Shown one piece after another: positions 39,397-45,256 of a stretch of 45,256 nucleotides of DNA. The DNA lies in NCBI GenBank assembly GCA_046595175.1, contig JBKJPM010000013.1:1-45256 (forward strand), written 5' to 3'. This stretch comes from Gemmatimonadaceae bacterium (GTDB lineage: Bacteria; Gemmatimonadota; Gemmatimonadetes; Gemmatimonadales; Gemmatimonadaceae). The notes beneath the pieces are model-generated. The model was not told where the DNA came from. It did not search any database and was given only the letters and a program-made list of their open reading frames with translations. The position numbers and the translations under genes are program-made. Numbering within the stretch: position 1 is the first letter of the stretch; every line of letters starts with the position of its first letter.

Positions 39397-39624
39397 ATGA
39401 CTATCACCATCGAGTACTGCACCTATTGAAGCTACGGGCCCAGGGCGACCAGTTTGGCCGCCGAGCTCAAGAAAAATTACCCGGATGCGGACGTCGAGCT
39501 GATTCCATCGAAAGGCGGGCGCTTCGAAGTCTTTGCGGATGGCAAAGCGATTTTCGAGAAATCGAAAACCGGAAGGCACGCTATTCCCGGAGAGGTCCTG
39601 GAAAAGCTTCGCAGGGGAATCTGA
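39397..39624 (+). CDS. SelT/SelW/SelH (Rdx) family selenoprotein, CxxU, 75 aa
   Basis: Absent from the ORF track. MTITIEYCTY-U(TGA 39427-39429)-SYGPRATSLAAELKKNYPDADVELIPSKGGRFEVFADGKAIFEKSKTGRHAIPGEVLEKLRRGI; IEYCxxU and GGxFEV are Rdx-family signatures. Confidence 0.92.
39430..39467 (+). promoter_or_regulatory. Putative bacterial SECIS element
   Basis: GGCG-A-CC-AGTTT-GG-C-CGCC (39444-39462); loop begins 21 nt after the UGA; flanking AGCT...AGCT can pair. Confidence 0.65.
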
Positions 39625-39630
39625 TCTAAA

Positions 39631-40710
39631 GTGCGAATCGCAATTTCCACCGGCGGCGGCGACGCCCCCGGGCTCAACGCTGTAATCCGCAGCACCGTTC
39701 TCTCGGCAGTTCGCCGAGGATGGGACGTGCTTGGGATCAAGCGCGGATACGCCGGTCTCCTTGGTGACGATCAGGTCATTCCTCTCACTGCGGATACGGT
39801 GCGGGGAATCGGACATCTCGGCGGAACGATCCTGCGAGCCACCAATCGCGGAAATCCCTTTCACTATCCGGTTATGCAGCCGGACGGGAGCTGCGACTTC
39901 GTCGACCGCTCCGATGCGCTTATCAAAGCCGCGCACGATCTTGGAATAGACGCGATTGTTTCCATCGGGGGAGACGGGTCTCTGGAGATAGCCCAGAGGC
40001 TGTGCGATAAGGGTATGAAGATCATCGGTGTTCCGAAAACGATCGACAACGATGTGAGCGGAACGGTCACGACATTCGGTTTTGACACTGCCGTCAACAC
40101 TGCCGTAGAAGCGATCGACAAGCTGCATACGACAGCCGAATCACATGATCGAGTTATTGTGATGGAAGTGATGGGTCGTCACGCGGGATTCATTGCTCTG
40201 CACAGTGGATTGGCCGGAACCGCGGATGTGATCCTCATTCCCGAAGTTCCGTACGACATCGAGAAGGTTTGCGAGAAAGTAATGGCGCGGCACAATGCGG
40301 GTCGTCATTTCTCCATTTGTGTTGTCGCGGAAGGTGCGTGTGAACGCGGAGCAGAACCGCGCATGCGGGGTAAGTCGCTTCCGGGAGAAGCGCCACGGCT
40401 CGGTGGCGTGGCCGAAGAAATCGCGGAAAAGATCCAGGAGCGAACCGGAAAGGAGTGTCGCTCGCTGGTGCTTGGACATTTGCAGCGCGGTGGCCAGCCG
40501 ACCAGCTATGACCGGTTACTCGCAACCAGGTTCGGCGGTGCAGCGGTGGAAGCGATCGAAGCGGAGAAATGGGGGTATATGGTAGCGCTGCAAACGCCCC
40601 ACATTGTATGTATTCCCATTGCAGAAGCCCTTAGGGAGCCCAAGCGGGTTGAGCTCAGCCACGATACTGTGAGAACCGCTCGAGCTCTAGGGATTTCGTT
40701 CGGAGATTAG
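39631..40710 (+). CDS. pfkA: 6-phosphofructokinase (mixed-substrate group: GGDG + PKTIDND)
   Basis: TGGGDAPGLN, GGTIL, IGGDGS, VPKTIDND, EVMGRHAG, LGHLQRGG. Confidence 0.92.
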   Translation: MRIAISTGGGDAPGLNAVIRSTVLSAVRRGWDVLGIKRGYAGLLGDDQVIPLTADTVRGIGHLGGTILRATNRGNPFHYPVMQPDGSCDFVDRSDALIKAAHDLGIDAIVSIGGDGSLEIAQRLCDKGMKIIGVPKTIDNDVSGTVTTFGFDTAVNTAVEAIDKLHTTAESHDRVIVMEVMGRHAGFIALHSGLAGTADVILIPEVPYDIEKVCEKVMARHNAGRHFSICVVAEGACERGAEPRMRGKSLPGEAPRLGGVAEEIAEKIQERTGKECRSLVLGHLQRGGQPTSYDRLLATRFGGAAVEAIEAEKWGYMVALQTPHIVCIPIAEALREPKRVELSHDTVRTARALGISFGD

Positions 40711-40837
40711 CTCAACAGGCGGCTAGTACCAGTCTCGGTAAACAGTTGTCCATTGCAGGTGACAACCCGGGTTGGAGGAGGTTTGCCATGAGAGCGTAAG
40801 GTGTAGTGGATAAAGAAGTTATGTTGTATCGGGTTAT

Positions 40838-41242
40838 ATGGCACCCCTCGTGCAAATGCATACCACCATGCGAATCATCACTCTGGAAAGAATGGATCGC
40901 GGAACCGCCTGGTTCCTGGGAGCTGTCGCGTTACTGTCGAGCTTGCTCGCTGTAAGCGTTGGGGCTCAGGGAGCACCTGCTTCGCAGGATTCGACGCAAC
41001 CCAGTTCTTCCGTTCCAAATGGGTATGAGCCGCCGGCGGGGATGTGCCGAATCTGGATCAACGATGTGCCGGCACCTCAGCAGCCGGCTCCTACTGATTG
41101 CGTGACGGCTGTCCGAAATCGTCCGGCCAACGCGCGGGTCATCTTCGGCGCAGATCTTCCAAAAAACTGGAAGGGAAAGAAGCAGAAGATCGAAGGGTCC
41201 AGATTTCCAGAGAATCCAATCATCAGGAGAAGCTATGAATAA
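40838..41242 (+). CDS. Secreted hypothetical protein (PPAGMCRIW motif)
   Basis: Signal peptide ending VGA-Q, then VPNGYEPPAGMCRIWINDVPAPQQPAPTDC. Start may be 40868 or 40892. Confidence 0.7.
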   Translation: MAPLVQMHTTMRIITLERMDRGTAWFLGAVALLSSLLAVSVGAQGAPASQDSTQPSSSVPNGYEPPAGMCRIWINDVPAPQQPAPTDCVTAVRNRPANARVIFGADLPKNWKGKKQKIEGSRFPENPIIRRSYE

Positions 41243-41846
41243 GCTCGCACTCGCACTTGCATTCAGCGCCATTGGCGCGACAGCAGGATCAGCACAGATC
41301 ATCAACCTCAATACCGGCGCATCTATCGTAAGGGACCGGATTCAGGATGGAACGTGGCGCCGCGAAGGCAACACCGACATCTACGTCCGCACGCGGATTG
41401 ACGCAAATGGCAATCGGGTTGTGGAACGTGCCCGCCGTGACGCGCTTGGCAGCTATACGATTATTGATTCACGTGTTGTAAATCGTGATGACAATCGTGG
41501 GCGCGGGGATAACACCTGGAAGCGGAGCGGCAACCAGAACCGCGTTTACGTTCGTACACGCGTAGATGCGAATGGGAACAGGGTCATGGAAAAGGCTCGT
41601 CGTGACGCGAATGGCAACTTCGTAGTCTTCGACACCAAGGTTCTCGGCCAGGGGAAACTGAAGGACAGGGATAACGATGGCCGCGATGACCGCTTTGAGA
41701 ACGAAAAGGACCACGAAGGAAAGTGGAAGAAGGACAAGGATGACCGGAAGTGGGACAAGGAAATGAGAAAGGCCGGCAAGCACGAAGGCAAGAAGCACGA
41801 CAACGAGGACAACGACGACGACGATAACGACGACGACGGCAACTAG
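41235..41846 (+). CDS. Secreted hypothetical protein with an internal duplication and charged tail
   Basis: Signal peptide (GSA-Q); two copies of a ~43-aa unit; K/D/E-rich C-terminus. Confidence 0.8.
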   Translation: MNKLALALAFSAIGATAGSAQIINLNTGASIVRDRIQDGTWRREGNTDIYVRTRIDANGNRVVERARRDALGSYTIIDSRVVNRDDNRGRGDNTWKRSGNQNRVYVRTRVDANGNRVMEKARRDANGNFVVFDTKVLGQGKLKDRDNDGRDDRFENEKDHEGKWKKDKDDRKWDKEMRKAGKHEGKKHDNEDNDDDDNDDDGN

Positions 41847-41855
41847 TCCTGACGG

Positions 41856-41892
41856 AAAAGGGCTCCGGACTCAATGAGTCCGGGGCCTTTTT
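41856..41892 (+). terminator. Intrinsic terminator
   Basis: AAAAGGGCTCCGGACTC-AAT-GAGTCCGGGGCCTTTTT. Confidence 0.85.
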
Positions 41893-41930
41893 GTTGTATG
41901 TCGGGCACTGTCCGTGCATTTTGCCTATAG

Positions 41931-44708
41931 ATGCATCGCCCAGTACAAGACAGATACCTCCCGCCCGACCACGATGCCTTCGTGGCCGCCAAGCCGCCGT
42001 CCGGGCGAATCATCGTCATAGCGCCCACACGCGCGGCGTGTGAGACAATCGAGCTCGCTATTGGACTTCACATAGAAACGGTGCTCCAGAAGCAGCACGG
42101 CGCCTACATCCGCGAGCTCGCAGCAGCACGAAAGGGTTTCGGGATTGTCGCGGGTACCGGCACCGGAAAGACGCTCTCGATCCGCCCAATTGCTGAAACG
42201 ATTCTCGGGACGACAGACATACGAGTCGGGGTGGTGAACCGCGAGCGGGAGGCGACGCCCGAAACTCCGACCTGGAATATCATCATCGTCACCACCGGAA
42301 TAGCACGCCGATGGTTCCAGGACGGAGACATCCTTGAGAGCGATACGCTGGTAGTTGATGAAATCCACCAGACGTCTGCAGAACTCGAGCTGTGCCTCGC
42401 GCTCGGTAAGCGGGTTGGATGCCGCTTCATCTGGTTGTCGGCAACGGTAGATCCATCATTCTATGCGCGCTACCTGAATGCTGCCGCAGTCCTCGAAAGC
42501 TCCGCGTTCGATCCGAAAAAGGCCGCCGATGTAAAAGTTGTGCGCCGCGATCCAATGTCCTTCCTCGACGACAAGTTTCTCCTGCCCGTTCAGAAGGAAA
42601 AACGCGGAGTGGGAATGTTCCTGCCGACACGCGCTGGCGTCGAGGCGGCGGCTGACCTAGTGTCGGATAAATTCCCGCGAATTAACACCGCATTTTACCA
42701 CGGCGGCGAACCAATAAGAGTCTTGCGTCCCTTTCTTGAGGGAGAGGAAAAGAAGCCGTACTTCCTGTCGATGACGGCCGCGGGGCAAAGCGCTTTGAAT
42801 GTGCAGGGACTTGATACTGTAGTAATCGACGACACCCGATTCACCAACATCATCGAGAAGGGAAAGAACGTCCTCACCAAACTGCATCTTGGCGCGAATG
42901 AGATATTGCAGATGGCTGGACGGGTTCATGGCAGGGTGGCGGGCGGGCGCGTCTTCATCCTGTCGGATCGCGACATCAAGTTCGAATCACTCCGTCCTAC
43001 CGAGCCCGAGTTTCAGCTTGCCGGCGACTCGGAAAGAGTCGCAATGACGTGCGCGGATCTCGGAGTCCGCGCCGACGATCTCGAGTTGCCAATCCCATTG
43101 GATAGAGTCGCCTACAAAAAAGCGATGGCGCTGCTGGAAAGTCGGGGAATTGTCGAGAACGGACGTCTCTCCCGGTATGGAAAGCTTGTCGAGGCACTGC
43201 CAGTAGACAGGCCGTGGGCGGAGCTTCTCGTAAACGCCGACGACGAGCTGGTTCCGTATCTGGCAGTAATGAGCTCGATAGAATCCCTGCACCGCATGAC
43301 ACGCGAAGAGCGGGATCTCTCGAATATTGTCGTTCCCGGAAGTGATCATCTCACCGCGTACAATCTTTACGCGGACGCCTTTTCACATTGCGGATATATG
43401 GGCGAAGTCTACGGACTTCCGCGCCATTTATTCGATGAAAGCATCGAGAAGTGGGCGGAGCGAAGGGGGGTGCTGGTCAAGGCGATCGAGGACACTGCTC
43501 TGGGGATGGCCAGCATTTACCGGGGACTGGGGATGGAGCTTCCTGTGAGGATGGTTCCAGCCCGCGATCATATTTACAGAAAATTCACCGACCTTGTCGC
43601 GCGGTTCATGCCCTTTGACTTGGTTATCGACGAGCAGACTGCAGACGGACATGAGGCGCGCGTTTCAAAAACCAGCGTCTGCGGCAGCTGGGGCGCAATT
43701 GCGGGAGAGCTTCGCTACTTCGCCGATCGGAGCGGAACGCCGCGGGCAGGAATCGAAGGAACGCAAATTCCGCTTGAGCTAATCAGGAAATACGCAACAC
43801 GCGAGGCACCCGAGCTCGCCTACGATCCGAGGCGAAAGCACTCGCCACTCGTGCTCAGGCAGCGGGTCGAGTACTTCGGCTTCGAGCTGGATCGTGAAGT
43901 GGAGTCCGTCGAGGAATTCCCGGCGGAGCTGGCTGGCGGTGCAAGAAGGATTCTGGCCGAAACGCTCGCCCGCGGAGAGGCGAGGCATCCTTCGACCAAG
44001 CGGAATCAGGAAATAGTCGACGAAATACGCGACACCTATCGAAAGTCCGGGGGCGCCACTCCACGCCTCGGCTTGCACGAGCTAACGGATTTGTATGAAG
44101 GGCTGCTCGCGGGCGTGAATTCGATGGACGAATTTCGCGAACGAAAGATTGCTCTGGACGCAGATTCTATCGTTCCGGCAGCGGAGCGTATTCGCTACTC
44201 GGCGCTGCCAGTCTTTGCGACCGTTCGTGAAAGCAAAGTGCCCGTTGACTACGATGTCGAGGAACAGGATGGGCAGCGGACAGGAGTGGTGAGGTTACGT
44301 CTACCGGAAAAACTCGCACGCACCCTCACTGAGCAGGAGCTGCCGGTGATGGATCGGCCGACTCGCTTCACCGTTCTTCGTGGCCCACGCGGTGCCGTGC
44401 GAGCCAGTACTCTCGACGAGCTTCAGGAACTGCTCGCCAGGCCATGGTCACCGGATGAAGTTGACGACGACGGGCGCGACTCCGCTGATCTGTCCCAGGC
44501 TGAACGTCACGCCAAGCGCATCGGACGAGAAATTAAGGAGCACCGCGATCGAACCCGCGGTCGGGATTCCGGAGGTAGAAACGGCGGACCGGGCCGCGGA
44601 AGAAAACGCGGGCGTATCGAGAAAAAAGCAAAGCCCAGTGGCGAAGGCGACGCACGACCAGGCTCACGAGGCCGACCCCCGGGGAAGAAAAAGTTCCGGG
44701 GACGATGA
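41931..44708 (+). CDS. DEAH/HrpB-like SF2 helicase with atypical N-terminal motif order
   Basis: AGTGTGKT, DEIH, SAT, FLPTR, QMAGRVHGR; basic R/G/K-rich tail. Confidence 0.85.
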   Translation: MHRPVQDRYLPPDHDAFVAAKPPSGRIIVIAPTRAACETIELAIGLHIETVLQKQHGAYIRELAAARKGFGIVAGTGTGKTLSIRPIAETILGTTDIRVGVVNREREATPETPTWNIIIVTTGIARRWFQDGDILESDTLVVDEIHQTSAELELCLALGKRVGCRFIWLSATVDPSFYARYLNAAAVLESSAFDPKKAADVKVVRRDPMSFLDDKFLLPVQKEKRGVGMFLPTRAGVEAAADLVSDKFPRINTAFYHGGEPIRVLRPFLEGEEKKPYFLSMTAAGQSALNVQGLDTVVIDDTRFTNIIEKGKNVLTKLHLGANEILQMAGRVHGRVAGGRVFILSDRDIKFESLRPTEPEFQLAGDSERVAMTCADLGVRADDLELPIPLDRVAYKKAMALLESRGIVENGRLSRYGKLVEALPVDRPWAELLVNADDELVPYLAVMSSIESLHRMTREERDLSNIVVPGSDHLTAYNLYADAFSHCGYMGEVYGLPRHLFDESIEKWAERRGVLVKAIEDTALGMASIYRGLGMELPVRMVPARDHIYRKFTDLVARFMPFDLVIDEQTADGHEARVSKTSVCGSWGAIAGELRYFADRSGTPRAGIEGTQIPLELIRKYATREAPELAYDPRRKHSPLVLRQRVEYFGFELDREVESVEEFPAELAGGARRILAETLARGEARHPSTKRNQEIVDEIRDTYRKSGGATPRLGLHELTDLYEGLLAGVNSMDEFRERKIALDADSIVPAAERIRYSALPVFATVRESKVPVDYDVEEQDGQRTGVVRLRLPEKLARTLTEQELPVMDRPTRFTVLRGPRGAVRASTLDELQELLARPWSPDEVDDDGRDSADLSQAERHAKRIGREIKEHRDRTRGRDSGGRNGGPGRGRKRGRIEKKAKPSGEGDARPGSRGRPPGKKKFRGR

Positions 44709-44732
44709 ACTGTGTCGTTCGACCTTCTTTTT

Positions 44733-45256
44733 TTACGCCGCCCCGGACTCGATTCTGTCCACTACATCCGATGGCGATAGCTCGAGTGACGACGGCATTA
44801 GGGCCGGCTCGGCGTACTGGAGCCAGCCAGTCGTTTCGTCCGTGCCCAAGTCGACGACTGTGCCCAGAGGCAGAGTGAGATTGGGAACCTCGTGCCCAGC
44901 GGGAAAGTCCATGATCACCGGTATGTCGTAATCAGCGAGCAGGTCTAGGAGGAAGTTCTCGAATTCATCTTCCTCGGACCTGTCGAGCGAGAGCTGGCCG
45001 AAAACCATTCCGCGAATTCCGTCCAACAGGCCTGCGGACTTGAGGTGAACCAGGCGCTCGTCCACGAACGACATTGGGTCGTCAATTTCTTCCAGGAATA
45101 GAATCGCGTCGCGTGTGTCGATCTGGTACTGAGTGCCGATCGTCTGCTGCACGAGAGAGAAGTTTCCGCCAACGAGGCGACCGCGGGCTGTGCCAGGGCG
45201 AACGACTTTGGCGATGTCTCGACCGAGCTTGAGATCCGGCTGCGGCGTGCTCAGGG
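44733..45256 (-). CDS. LD-carboxypeptidase (peptidase S66), 5' end outside the window
   Basis: PGTARGRLVGGNFSLV, ILFLEEI and FPAGH motifs. Confidence 0.88.
   Translation of the reverse strand, partial: LSTPQPDLKLGRDIAKVVRPGTARGRLVGGNFSLVQQTIGTQYQIDTRDAILFLEEIDDPMSFVDERLVHLKSAGLLDGIRGMVFGQLSLDRSEEDEFENFLLDLLADYDIPVIMDFPAGHEVPNLTLPLGTVVDLGTDETTGWLQYAEPALMPSSLELSPSDVVDRIESGAA

Noticed and set aside
39622-39633. SelW stop TGA is in frame with pfkA (TGA-TCT-AAA-GTG), suggesting a readthrough fusion
   Set aside because: No ACCnGTnTGG hairpin at +19, no Cys-equivalent position, and both proteins are complete on their own; a shared frame has a 1 in 3 chance.
39187-40128. 313-aa minus-strand ORF
   Set aside because: Antisense to pfkA and the SelW gene; a codon-bias artefact.
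41800-41843. GAC/AAC trinucleotide repeats
   Set aside because: They encode the poly-Asp tail; not a separate DNA repeat or CRISPR array.

Overview
GC-rich bacterial chromosomal segment, densely coding, with about 40 genes. Gene content and protein style suggest Gemmatimonadota; this is inference only. Most genes are housekeeping: queG (partial), a YfcE-type phosphoesterase, a PPTase, a cupredoxin lipoprotein, an alkaline-phosphatase-family enzyme, LOG, greA, glpD-like, the fadI-fadJ-M14 peptidase-proline dehydrogenase-rsgA run, OsmC, a sulfurtransferase, a 2Fe-2S ferredoxin, lspA, TerC, three SF2 helicases, a fused E1 alpha/beta 2-oxoacid dehydrogenase, nadE, an mhq-like dioxygenase/esterase pair, lon, a Ser/Thr kinase, pfkA and an LD-carboxypeptidase (partial). 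No tRNA, rRNA, CRISPR array or mobile element was seen. The main hidden signal is two putative selenoprotein genes that the ORF track truncates or misses. (1) A CPA1 cation/H+ antiporter is fused to a rhodanese domain whose active-site loop reads YCA-UGA-IDEATS (21850..23472). (2) A 75-aa SelW/Rdx protein carries CTY-UGA (39397..39624). Both have a hairpin with the same ACCnGTnTGG apical motif starting 19 nt after the UGA, a candidate lineage-specific SECIS. Secondary signals are a repeated TAnnnT-N6-ATG leaderless-type architecture, a DEAH-like helicase with its motif order apparently rearranged, and a possible attenuator/uORF in the greA leader.
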